A stretch of DNA of 64,000 nucleotides, from positions 94,984,001 through 95,048,000 of the forward strand of contig OX597817.1 of NCBI GenBank assembly GCA_951406725.2, read 5' to 3'. Numbering within the stretch: the stretch's first letter is position 1; every line of letters starts with the position of its first letter. Below are positions 1 through 11,766 of the stretch, in pieces. The position numbers and the translations under genes were made by a program. The DNA comes from Octopus vulgaris. Its lineage: Eukaryota. A model generated the notes under the pieces. It had not been told where the DNA came from. It did no database searches and was given only the letters and a program-made list of their open reading frames with translations.

Positions 1-1502
1 ATGAATGCCATGGACATAAGCAATCAACGCTGTGGAACGCTGTGACAGTGCAAACCGCGTGTGTCTTATTACAGTTACTGTTTATTCTTTAAGTTTTGTA
101 ACTAGTCGTGGTCAAGACTCTATATGTCTCAATACAGTTAGCAAATCACTAACAACAAGCAAATATTATATTTGAGTGAATGAGCGATGTCACCTGCTCC
201 ATATAGAGATCTTAAATTTGTGTGGCATCAAACACTGTTTTCTGTATTCAGTTTAGTATCAATACTCCGATCTCTCTTCATAAACTTCAGCATTTTTCTA
301 TGACAAAGTTATATTTTCTATTTCTAGGTGTTAAAAATGAGAGACAAATCCACCAGCTACCCACAGGAAGTAGATCAGTTGCGCTTAAAATAGGATTAAA
401 TGTTGTACTGGATCAGTCCTTATCTGTAATTTCCGGTGTGCTGTGCACGAGAGATGGGTTACTCCCAACGCTGGATAGTTAGTTTATTGTTGGCAATTTA
501 CCCGAGAGATGAAACTGATGCAATCCAACAAACCACTTAGCAATTTCAAATTCACTGACACTATCACGGTTTATTACAAGGTGTGTACTCTGTAGTTATA
601 TAGTACAGCTAGGCGTACAAGGCATTTGTGAAGATACAAGTCAGCTCTAATAAAACAGATTCTCTGCAAACATGTAGTCGAAGTAGCACTTAGGTGTAAT
701 CCACAGGTCCATGATTACGTATAGTTGTGCTTGGTAATTCAACCACTGTAGATATATCACAGCGTAGGTGATAAGGTACAAAGTATTGTCCACTCAAGTT
801 TAGTCCAGCACCTAAATCTCTATACCATCGTATGCGCCTAACACCTGGTATTCAAAAGATGACAAAATACATATTTTTAATTATATCTATCTTTGAAAAC
901 AATGGTCCTATTTACTCCTTAAGCCTGTGTCGCATTAAAAGAACCCCTGTACATTAAATACCTACTTAATGGTTGGCAATCATACTCAACTACGCATGAT
1001 AGACTTTCTACAATGACCTAATAAAACATGTCCTTTTAAAGAAAATAGATAAAAACATAAAAAAGGAAACAACATAGAAATTCAACGTGTTCTGTGTTTA
1101 GCTGGGGTTTTTGTTTCAATACATACCAACTTGGAGATTGAGTGATTCTGTCTTCTTTTGTTCTGGCATTTGAAATAGATCTCGCGAAAAAAAGCTCAAC
1201 GTTGTCGAGTTAGATGACGTTGTGATCGTTGTATGTGAGAGTTTGATAGTTGAAGCGTGTTCGTGCTGATTTTCCACCATATTTAAAGAAAAGCAATGAC
1301 GGTCCCAATCAGTGAACTAACTCACTCAAACAGAGGGAATAACTGGTTTCGACTTGTTCCATCGTTTCTGGCTTTCTATCTCCCTTGAACAGAAATATCG
1401 CCTGACAACATAAAACAAATATACAAATAAAGAATATCATAGAGTAATGAGACCAGTAAATAATATGTGTATATATATACAAAAGCATTCATACGCGCGG
1501 GC

Positions 1503-1671
1503 GCACACACACACACACACACACATATACATACATACATATATAAAGAGAGAGAGGGGAGAGAGGGATGAGAAAGGAGAGAGGGGGAGAGAGGAAAGGA
1601 GAGAGGGAAGAGAGAGGGGGAGAGAGAAAGGGAGAGAGGGAAGAGACAGACAGACTGACAGACAGACAGAC

Positions 1672-1731
<60 letters not shown>

Positions 1732-1959
1732 GTGTAAGTATATAGAAGGAAATATATGTATATTTGTGGGTGAGAGATAGCAGTAATGTGATTATGTAAT
1801 TTATATAACGAATACATGGATCTATTCCTATATGCGAGCGAAATTTGCGTAAGGAGTTGAATATGTGAGTGTCTGTTTATGTGTATCTGTTTGTGTGTAT
1901 GTATGCATGCATGCATACATACATACATACATACATACATACATACATACATACATACA

Positions 1960-1990
<31 letters not shown>
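1503..1990. repeat. Compound microsatellite (CA)n/(GA)-rich/(GATA)n/(CATA)n
   Basis: Simple repeats read directly from the sequence; they explain the low-complexity ORFs at 1437-2071. Confidence 0.95.
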
Positions 1991-1991
<1 letters not shown>

Positions 1992-2314
1992 GAATGTATA
2001 TAAGAGTGTATGTGGGGTGGAAGTATACACTTAATTAAATTCTTCGTCGAAATTTCATCTAGGAATTGCATTTGACGGCATGAATCATAAAATTATGAAA
2101 CAGTTGCTGTCTCTAATACTTACTTTTGACGCTTGATGGAATTGTGTGCGCATATCTCAAAGAAGAGGATTGAAAAACTGCGTGAATCAGCTCAGACGAT
2201 TCCAACTGACTGACAAGTACTGACTAAATATCCCAAATATACCACTGTTGACAAGAAGTAATCACAATGAGTCAGCCAGGTCGTACCTACTCAAAGCGTT
2301 TGTTAGGTTAGCAG

Positions 2315-3600
2315 TGTAGCAATATTGTTTTCTTCATTGCTATCTTCACTGTTTGAGAAAAATATTAAGAATGATCTCGTTTGAGATTACAAATATCTTT
2401 GGCTAGTTTAACGTTGTTGTGTCCACTATTTTGATTGGTTAGCATCTAAGCGCGGTTTGTCTCTCTACTTACTTCGCGCCAGTGTGTAAACTGACCAATC
2501 ACGGCTTTTGAATAGGACTTTTCATTTGAGCCATCTTAACTCTTTAAATAGGCTGATATATCACGATTCACTGTCTTTTGGCTTAAGACCTTTTAAGGTC
2601 TTAGTCGGAGACCACACAGAGCATACTCAACCATGTTCCAGTTCGAAAGGCAGACGACAACCAAGCAAAACATAATATGAAGACGCTATAGTAAACCAAG
2701 CGACAGACATAACGTCATCACCAACATCGTCTCTATCTACGAAGATTTAACTGGTACACAAGATAACTACAGATTCAACTCATGCTGTTAGTGTGAAAAT
2801 CTCACCACGGAAAAACAGTTGCAGTATATATATCTGAAAGAATATCTATATCAAGAGAAAAATAAGCACAACAAGTGACTCAACTAAACCTCTGACCACA
2901 GAGCTACTCAACATGTTCCAGTCACAGCGACAGACGATCACCCACGACGACGCTAATGTACACTCACCACAGAAAGCCTTCTATCTCCGCCGCCGTCGTC
3001 ACCATCATTGTACCAACTTCAAGTCGCCATCACCATCGTCCACTTCAGACATGTACACACCAACTTCACAGAACCACGCTGTTAGAGTGAATCCCTTCAC
3101 CAAGTAGAAACAGTCCGTCTGAAGAATACTATATTAAGAGAACCCGCTCGCCGATTGAGACCACGACCGCGGCTCGACAATAATTCGCCCAACCGGCCTC
3201 CGCCCGAGACACAACATCTTGATATTGAACGCTTACATATCGTGTACCTTATGAACTGTAAACCAATTTCCATCATTAACTCTATGCTCTGTACCTACTA
3301 TGTCACACGCTTTCACCCTTATTGTATCTGTCACACACACGAACACACAGACACAAACACGTGTTGCATGCACACACACACACACACACTTGCTAGCACT
3401 CACAACCTTCTAACATTAACACCATTGTAAATAAAATCTTATCTTCTCTCAAACAGTGGAACGGCTTGTCGTCAATTCATCTATATTCTGTTGGCACTGC
3501 ATTGTATAAATTGTATTTATGGCTTAGCTTATTTCGTTAGGGATGCGACCGTGTGACTTACCTATGTCGCCAACCTCCACATACGGTCGTATTTCCTACA
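2315..3600 (+). mobile_element. Solo LTR (1286 bp) of an LTR retrotransposon
   Basis: Termini TGTAG(C)AA...TT(C)CTACA are inverted repeats. 4-bp direct repeat GCAG at 2311-2314 and 3601-3604. CCAAT-like boxes at ~2433 and ~2496, AATAAA at ~3430. Diverged internal duplication at ~2610-2890 / ~2895-3140. Confidence 0.7.
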
Positions 3601-3649
3601 GCAGATATAGTGTAGAGTGCCCACATTTTAAGCTGATCAGTTACACAGT

Positions 3650-4870
3650 CGACTTAGATGGGACTTGGTTACTGGAAGTTGAATTCGTGTATCCCGTGGT
3701 GTAAAGATTGCAGGGACTGCAGTCGACAGGAGCAATGGTCAACAACATGTGGTGGGTCACCCTTGAAAAGAGCAATTATAATCGATAGCGTTTAGTAAAC
3801 AGCCAGTGCTAGAGATGTAAATTAGAGAGAAATAAATTAGAGGATGAGCTAATTAGAAAACTAGAACAGGCGATTAGAACCGACGAGCAAGAATGGTCCT
3901 CGACTATTTCTTCAACGCGAAACATAAAGGTTGGGTTGTCAGGGCTCGTACGCTAAAACAAGAGGGAACAAAAGACGTTCAAAGAGCTCAGGTGGTGGAG
4001 GCGTGACGTGACAACAAAGCTACAATTCAGTCTGTGACAGACCAGGAGTAACAAGTGTTACTCGATTATAAGCAGATGTGTATGGCATTCCAGCAGTATT
4101 TTCTTCGACTGTCCGAAGCAAGCGATATATCAAAAAGTTGGTTATAAATTTTAATATCTGTTCTGACAGCCTACCAAAGCCCTCGACGGACAACGCAGGG
4201 CCCTGCCAAAGACCAATAACAGCAACTAAGGAGCGAGCAGTTCCACAAGACAAATTGCTCGACTGGTGTTAATAAAGAGGTTGGGTCTTGTAGTCCAAAA
4301 AGCTCAAATGTGTGTGATCCCCAGCAGGACCTACGAAAACCTCATAAAGGGGATGGGAAAAATAGATATGGCTTTGGTGGGAGCCTAATCAAATGAAAGC
4401 TTTAGATATGGTCGACCAATACTTGACAGCAGTTCTAACAGCGATCGATTTCAGACCCGTTTCCAGGCGCTGGATCACAGCAATGTATAGAAGCATTCGC
4501 TTGATGGTCAAAGTGAATGGAATCTTTTCCTATCATGCACTCGGTCCGTCAAGAGTGTCCTTTCTCATCTCTCCCATACCCACTGGCTCCAAAGCTATCG
4601 ATGCAGGAGCAAGAACTATTGAGGAGCAGCCATTTTGAGTGGGGACGCAAAAAAGCTATGTCGGTGTATGAGGATGATATCACCGTAATGTTATCGAGCA
4701 CCACAGAAATGAAAGTATTTGGCACTCTCATAAAGAAATATGATGCGATGACAAGAGTAAAGATAAATCCGGACAAAACGGCTTACAGTTCGACACCTAA
4801 AGGCACCGTCGATAGCACCGTAGATCGCCGCCGGAGAGACGTGTCACTTAAAGTGCTCAGTGTCTGATTT
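3650..4870 (+). pseudogene. Degraded Tx1-clade LINE ORF2 fragment (linker-RT)
   Basis: Peptides KALDMVDQYLTAVL..WITAMYRSIRLMVKVNG, SVRQECP and SVYEDDITV align by eye with ORF 13096-15159 (KAFDRVDHQYLAAVL, SARQGCP, SAYADDITV). Confidence 0.8.
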
Positions 4871-4894
4871 GAAAAGTGGATTAGGGTTAGGCTG

Positions 4895-5460
4895 AAGAGG
4901 AACTCACCCTTCCTCATCTTGTTAAAGGCAGGAGGTGGACGATCTTCTTTATGAACTCAGCCAGTAGCAGGATGTATCCTACACGTGACGACAGCTGTTC
5001 GACAAAACATCACAAGCCAACAATGCTTGGACAGTGCACGAGCATTGGTTCCGTCACTTTAGAGACATGTCGAACAATCCTGCTTGGCGGCACTTCTGTG
5101 CCTGTACATTTTATCTCGAATTGGTAGTGCTCTTTGGTATCACTGCTAGGCCAAGGTTATCTGAATGTTGTCCTTAGTAGTCCCTAGCGTAAAAGTCCTT
5201 CGAAGCAGATCAGTTAGTTTGTCCTCGTCGACACCAAGAGTTTCCTCAAGAAACTCAATACTAGTCCAGTATATATTGTTAAAGTGGAACTTCTACAAAC
5301 TACATTGCCTGACTGGTAGAGGACGGTGAGCATAATAACATTCCAGGTGTTAGATGCCTAATCTTGACCTAGGGCTGCAGCTCCGTCCAAGACATGAGCT
5401 ATGGAAAAACGTACCTTACAATTAGAGACCATAGCTGCACAGCGTCGAGAAAAAACTGCA
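4895..5460 (-). pseudogene. Inverted, degraded Tx1 ORF2 C-terminal fragment
   Basis: The reverse complement resembles ~14300-14940, e.g. gaggaaactcttggtgtcgacgag vs ggagaaactctgggcttcgacgaa, and a 'PPAFNK'-like segment vs 'PPTFLNR'. Confidence 0.6.
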
Positions 5461-5954
5461 GGAGGTAGAATTTGGAGATTACGTAGAGATACAGGCATCT
5501 ACTTGGTTGGACAAAGTTGAGACAACTGAAGTTTTGTGTCAGTTGCAAAAGGGAAGGTATGTCTTGGAGCTTTGGAATTCAAAAGGGAGTAATGGGTGAG
5601 AGGAAGGCATGATAAGGATTTAGTAATATACTGGGTTTGAGGAAAAAGCATGCCTAGATGATAAACAGTTGAGAGGTGTGGGGAGTAGTGTTGAAGAGAA
5701 GGTGGAAGGAGACAAGCAGTTACTCGGGAAAATATATTGCAGCGCATAATACCTAAAACTTGAAAACTAAACATCAAATAATGTATAAAATACCAAAATA
5801 AATGCACCTAGAACTTTAAGGAAGACTGTTCTCTTTAAGGGGATTTTGTAGGTGACAACGTCCACATACCAATACAATGCCTTAATTATCCTTTAATACA
5901 GTTGCAAAAGTGCATCTATTAAAGGTCTAAGTGTTAGCTGTATGCGAGTAGTAC

Positions 5955-7880
5955 AGGGATTGCAAATAATTGAGTGGAACCTTTCCAATCAATTATTTTC
6001 CTAGCAATGAATTAATTTTAATTGGGATACAGGTCAATCAATTATTGCAATTAATTGCAATTAATTGTCAATTATTTTGTCGAACGTAAAAACACCATAT
6101 ATTTTGGAGTGTTAGCTTCCATTTAGATAAGAGCCAAAATGATAGGAAAATAAAAGGCACGTCTCATAGTTTCAAAAACTTTATTATCAGAAAACATTCA
6201 AAGTTCAATTTTATTTATTTAGAATAAGGAACAAACAACATGTATAGTCTACATTGTACAATAGTTAAAAAACAAATAAATTGAAGGTCTTTAATTGAAA
6301 GAGTTTCTTGAACGAGTAGCACAATTAAAATGTTCTAATATAGCAAAAGGTCACGAACGATTGCAGATTTCTGAAACTAGGTCTTCATCCCAGAAAGCGC
6401 AATTGACTTTCAGAAATAATTGCAATTCTAAATTCATTGGTGTTAAGTATTGCCGAAATTCATTAAAAGCGTAACCTGCCAAGCTGAAGAAACATTCCAA
6501 GATGTTAGACGTTGGTAACAAAAATCTACAGTAATTGCTGAGATTGAATTTTATCTTTTACGTGTTTTTCAAACAAATTGAAGCAAAATCATCTACAAAT
6601 GAATCAGACTGTTTGACGAGTCTGTCACCACTTTCAGCTGATGTAGAACAGCCACTTCATCCGCAGTTAGCTCTGCTTCTGCATGTTGTAAAATTTTTAC
6701 TACTCCACTTTCAAAATTTGGGCCGTGCACAATGGCTGCCGATGGAGGCAAATATTTTTTAAATTCCTCGTAAGGATACAATGCGAGAATTTTGTCAAAA
6801 AGAATTCGAGCATCTCCCAAATCTATTTCTGTTCTTTGCAAGGCAACTGTTACTGAGCGTAACTTTCCTAAACTGTCTTTTAGAGTCTGCGTGGAGTCAA
6901 CAGATAATCAACCAGCTTTGGATTGACTTGAAAAGAGTCTAAAAACGGCTTGAGTTAGATGTTCCTCTCAATCGTATCATAAGTACTGTATCAACGGGCT
7001 TTATTTCTTTGTATAGGTTGCAAAGGCGATTGTTCTCGAAGTTTACCCGCAAGTTTTAATTATTTTAGCTTGCCCATCAACATATTAATTTTATCAAACA
7101 GAACTTCCTGCTTGTCGAAATAAGCAGAAACAGCTAGACTGAATTTATGTGAGGCACATCCAATCAATGGTATTCTACACAAATTCGCTATAGATTTGTT
7201 TACTTCAGTATTATCTCCGGTAATAGCTACAACATTTTCTAAATTTTTGTTATAGACACTGATCACATATTCTATAAATTCAACATAATCAGAAGCAGTG
7301 AATGATATTTCACTTGCCATTGGCGAAAAACAGTACAATAGTCATTTTGATAATTGCACGAATAAGATGCAAAAAGTCCAATGAAATGCATCGAACCCTT
7401 AGTCCAACCGTCGATTACCAACGAAAATTTACTTGGAAGTTCATCAGATATTTTCTTTTCCACTTCTTGAGTAAGTTTCTCCATGTATTTCTTTAAGGTC
7501 ACATTTGTCATACTTCCCAAGTTTGTGTACTTACGAGTCAGGGGGTCTTCAGTAAAGGAAAATGGTTTTAAACCAACACATACTCATTCAATCCAACCAT
7601 AAACATGACTGGCCAAACTACTTCTTGGTGAAAGAAAACTCGATAAAGATGGTTGTCCAGTTGCTTGTGTAGTAGAACACTCTGAATGCTGGTTTTTTAT
7701 GTGATTCATAAAATTTGTCCATCCATTTCCTTTTTTCTGGGTCAACTTTTTTCCACATTTGCATTTCCATACATGTTCACTATCTGTTTGGTTTAAATAT
7801 TTTCTAACCATTTGCTCGTTTTCACACGGCATGGGTTTGTTTAAAATAAAAGCTATTTCGTCACAGTTTAAAATAGAAGA
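5955..7880 (-). mobile_element. hAT DNA transposon remnant with disrupted transposase
   Basis: Minus-strand pieces: BED-like finger (WKCKCGK..GWTNFMNHIKNQH), FSLVIDGWT, ITGDNTEVN..IGCASHKFSL (CxxH) and a C-terminal dimerisation-like segment (LLPTSNILECFFS..FLKVN). Candidate terminus CAGGGATTGCAA at 5955 with AATTAATTG subterminal repeats. The other terminus was not found. Confidence 0.85.
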
Positions 7881-9650
7881 TACCGGGGTTTTCCGAAAAT
7901 CCACCCATGAGCATTTATTTGGATGGGCGGTTATTTGAAACAGAGTTAGAGTTCTTGTTTGCATTCTGTTTAGACGAATTTATCTACGTCTGTAGATATA
8001 TGAAAGTAAATATATCAAAATGTGTTCAATATCATATACCATTAGTGAAAAATTGAGTGCTATTAAACAAGTGAAAGAACATTCTGGCAATTTACCTGCT
8101 GCGTCAAGAGACAGGCATTGATTGAAAACGATTGAGAGAATGGTGCACAAAAGAAACTGAGTTAATCCATATTTCAGAAAAGAGAAGGCGCAGTTCAATT
8201 GGTGGAGTAGAAGACCAGCACATAGAGATCTAGAGATTGAACTCTTACAGTGGATTGTTGTTCAGCGTACAAACAATATAATTGTAAATTATCGCCATTT
8301 GCGGGAATATACTTTTGAGTTGGTAAAAAGGTTTGGAATTGAAATGAACAGCGTCAGATGTTATGATAAATGGATTTTCATTTCCATGAATCGAAATAAA
8401 CTGACTGTGAGAAAGATTATACATGTTGGTCAAGCAGACTATAAAACACTTGGAGAAAAGGCACAAATTGCCAGTGACTATCTTGATAGCATTCCAGTAT
8501 TAATAGCAGATAAGGATACTGCCAGATTTATAATATGGATGCAACACCTGTATACGTTGACATGTTGAGTTCAACAACCATAGACTTTGTTGGCAATAAA
8601 AATGTAGACGCTAGCCACTGTGATGCAACCAAAGCTCGTTTTACTGCTGTGTTGTGTGTTAATGCTGCAGGAAGGTGTTGATAACAATTATTATCCTTAA
8701 AGGATTGAAAAACGTGCCTAAAATCAAGGTCCCAAAGAATATTTACTTAACAGTCTCCAACAGGGGATCAATTACATATGAACTCATGCAGCTGTGGGCT
8801 GAAAAAGTGTTTAGGCAGAGAACAGCATGCCATTCTCAACATTCAGTGCTATTCATGAATGAATGCTCAGTGCACAAGAAACCAGAGCTCCTAGAAGTGT
8901 TCAAACGTAGGAATACAATTCTCAAACTTATACCTCCTAAAACAGCATCTTACTTGCAGCCGTTAGATGTATTAATTATTGGTCCTTTCAAGAAAACCAT
9001 TCGTGCTGAATGGGAGAAATGGTTTTCAATTGGCAAAAAGAAGTATACAAATAAAGGATATCGCAAAAAACCTTCTTATCAGGAGATAGTGAACTTTGTG
9101 ACCCAACCTGTTGCCACTTTAAATAAAGAAACTATAAAGCGTGCTTTTGAATGTTGTGGAATTTGCTCCTCGTGAAACGACTGCAGAACATAGCCTCTTA
9201 AACTAACGCTTACATGATGCTTTGTCTGGCCTTGAGATAAATGCATTAGATGCACATAATGACAAAATTGAAGAAAATGAGATACAAGTAAATGAAAGTT
9301 GCTCTGATGTGAATTATGGCCAAGCAACAAATGAAGAAATTCGTGATATTTAACTTGAAACAATTCGGTTATTATTCTACCAAAAATGCCCAAGGACATT
9401 ATTTGTTCATATGAGGCTTCTATTCATGCTTTCAACAGTTTAATTTTCAATATTTCCTAATAGATCCATTGTTAACTTCAGAATATTTTTATCTTTGTGT
9501 CTATATATCTGATAATTGAAACGATATAAGTTCAATAGAATTGTATAAAATAAATATGGTTTTTGAGAATATCTTTGTTTTTCCTAGGTGAAAAATTTTA
9601 CGTGCATATTACCGTCCAGGGGCAGTTATTTAAGCCAAAAAATAGTTTTG
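7881..9650 (+). mobile_element. pogo-like (Tc1/mariner superfamily) transposon with disrupted DDE transposase
   Basis: HTH-like start (SYTISEKLSAIKQVKE), IYNMDATPVYVDM..RFTAVLCVNAAG, and VLFMNECSVHK..IPPKTASYLQPLDV in ORF 8675-9175. Several frameshifts. Boundaries approximate. Confidence 0.85.
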
Positions 9651-9947
9651 TGAATGTCGATGTATTAGACTTCAAGGAAAGAAGGACTGGTCGAAGTTTA
9701 TGTTAACTCCAAATTTTATTTACCGTTACTTAATATGCATTGCCAAACCACGACGGGCAGGCGTGTATAAAATAATCGAAAGTTAATTTTTCTTTGTATG
9801 AGAGTGTATAATGTTCTTGTCTTTGTAGCAGTAAGAAAAAGATAGACAGAGTGATGTTTGTTAGAACGGCGCAAGTGAACAAGTGAGAGACAGGAGTGAG
9901 AAGTTGCATGGTGAAATATCATAGCCGCCGATCACTACGCAGGAACG

Positions 9948-9949
<2 letters not shown>

Positions 9950-10042
<93 letters not shown>

Positions 10043-10078
10043 TCTCTCTCTCTCTCTCCCCCTCTCTCTCTCTCTCTG
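9950..10078. repeat. (TC)n microsatellite, 5' flank of Tx1 LINE
   Basis: Read directly; a matching (TC)n tract lies at 15381-15434. Confidence 0.95.
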
Positions 10079-10237
10079 ATCGGTCGTGTTATTCTTTGCT
10101 CCGCAGTGAAAGATTGTTTTTGTGCTGAAAAGTTTGAAAATTTGCTGTTTTGGTCGTCGAGGCCACTTCTTTTCTGCTGTTGCAGCAGAGTTCTGCTGTT
10201 CTTTCCCCCTTGTTTCAAGGGGGAAGCGACGAAAAAT

Positions 10238-11747
10238 ATGAATTTGCAACCAATCTCCTCCGAGTCGGAGGAAAACGTTGAAAATTTGTTTGAAGGCATG
10301 AAGGCGAAAATGCGGGAGGAGGAAGGTAAAAGTAAAGAGACGTCTCACGCGCTCGTTACAAAAGCAGACGACAATATGTCTGGTGAAGCTACTAAACAAC
10401 AAGAAAAGTCAAAAATAAATTTTGCGAGTGCAGCAACTCGCCCCTGTGAAAATATAGTCATTAACAAGGAAGAATTAAAGAAATACCAAGGACTACTAAA
10501 AAAAGAAGGTGATAATGTGAAGTTGTTCCCTCCCAGTGAATTAATTTACGCGACGGAGAGAAAAACTGTCAAATAAGAAAATTGACTTCGTGCAGAGAGA
10601 AGCCATTGAAAAATGTTTGAGGCCGATATGGCAACAAACTACGTATATAACAAGGGGTAGTCGCTTCGGCACGGTAGAGGTGCGTTTCCCTAGCGAAGAA
10701 ATAGCTAGGGAACATTCAACAAGAACGTTGAAGTCAGACGAGGTAGTTCTTTTACCTTTTTATTTAGGAATGAGAACTTCCAGGATAACAGTCAGGGACA
10801 TTCCGCCCGAAATCGATGTGGACTTTATAATAGCAGCGATTCTCTTAGGCAAAGAGGAAGAAATTGCCATTCTTCAGTCTAAAAGATACCGCCCCACGAC
10901 CTGGTATGGACAAGACTTAGAACTTGTGATCCAAGCGAACCCCTCGGACTTGGAAAAATTGCCAAGCTCCCTCACCATTGGAGATAATACCACCTTGATG
11001 GTAATAGTCGAGGGAAGAAAACCTAGGTGTTATAAATGTGGCGAGAAAGGCCACATAAGGTCGAGCTGCAAGAAGACAGCCAAAGAAAATACTGCAGAGG
11101 CAAGCACGACGCCGAAAATAACTACACCGCTAGAAATAGCAGCCACGTCGCGCGCCCCAATTGCCGAAATTCAGCCGACAACGGGAGAAAACAACGACAA
11201 CAACAACAACAACATCCAGGAGTGGGTCACCATAGAACCTTCAAAAAGAAGACGGAAACGGAAAAATTCACCCTCTTCGGATACACAGGACTATACTCCG
11301 AGACAGACAAGCACACCCACACCCACAAATACAGTCGCAAACACACACGTAGCCAAAAAAACACACACACTGGAAAAAGCACACACAAACACACACACAC
11401 ACACCCCTCCACAATCACCTAACAAAAAAAAAAGAAACACCTTCACGGCGATAAATAAAAACAATAACCCATTAAGGGAAAAAATTATTTTACTGAAATC
11501 GGCGAAAAAATATATCGCAACAGATATAAATAGTATTATATCTGAAAATGTAGAATTTTATACAATAGATAACGCTGATTATTTTGAAATAAAAAAATCT
11601 TTTGCGGAGGACGTCGGCCCGTTACAGATGAACTTTTCAAGCCATCTGTACAGGCAATTCGCAAAAAAGCTGACCTCGCAAAACACAACACTCACAGACA
11701 GAAAAGAGGAGGGTGAAACTACACCCTCTCTTCTGTTAAAACAGTAA
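10238..11747 (+). pseudogene. Tx1 ORF1 (gag-like, zinc knuckle), one frameshift near 10575
   Basis: ATG at 10238. The two pieces 9896-10576 and 10590-11747 are in different frames. Knuckle motif CYKCGEKGHIRSSC. Confidence 0.8.
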
Positions 11748-11766
11748 GTTTTAAACATTCGACTAA

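Noticed and set aside
1-1400. Possible decayed retroelement or coding sequence
   Set aside because: No diagnostic motifs found on either strand by eye.
1437-2071. Long ORFs such as MYVCMYVC / YLSIYLSI / HTYIHTYI (also at 34976-35551, 49683-50206, 51530-51971, 52577-53779, 54426-54773, 61834-62194)
   Set aside because: Translations of stop-free microsatellites; no evidence of coding function.
5500-5800. Possible CR1/L2-type 3' end on the minus strand
   Set aside because: Only faint resemblance; too degraded to support a call.
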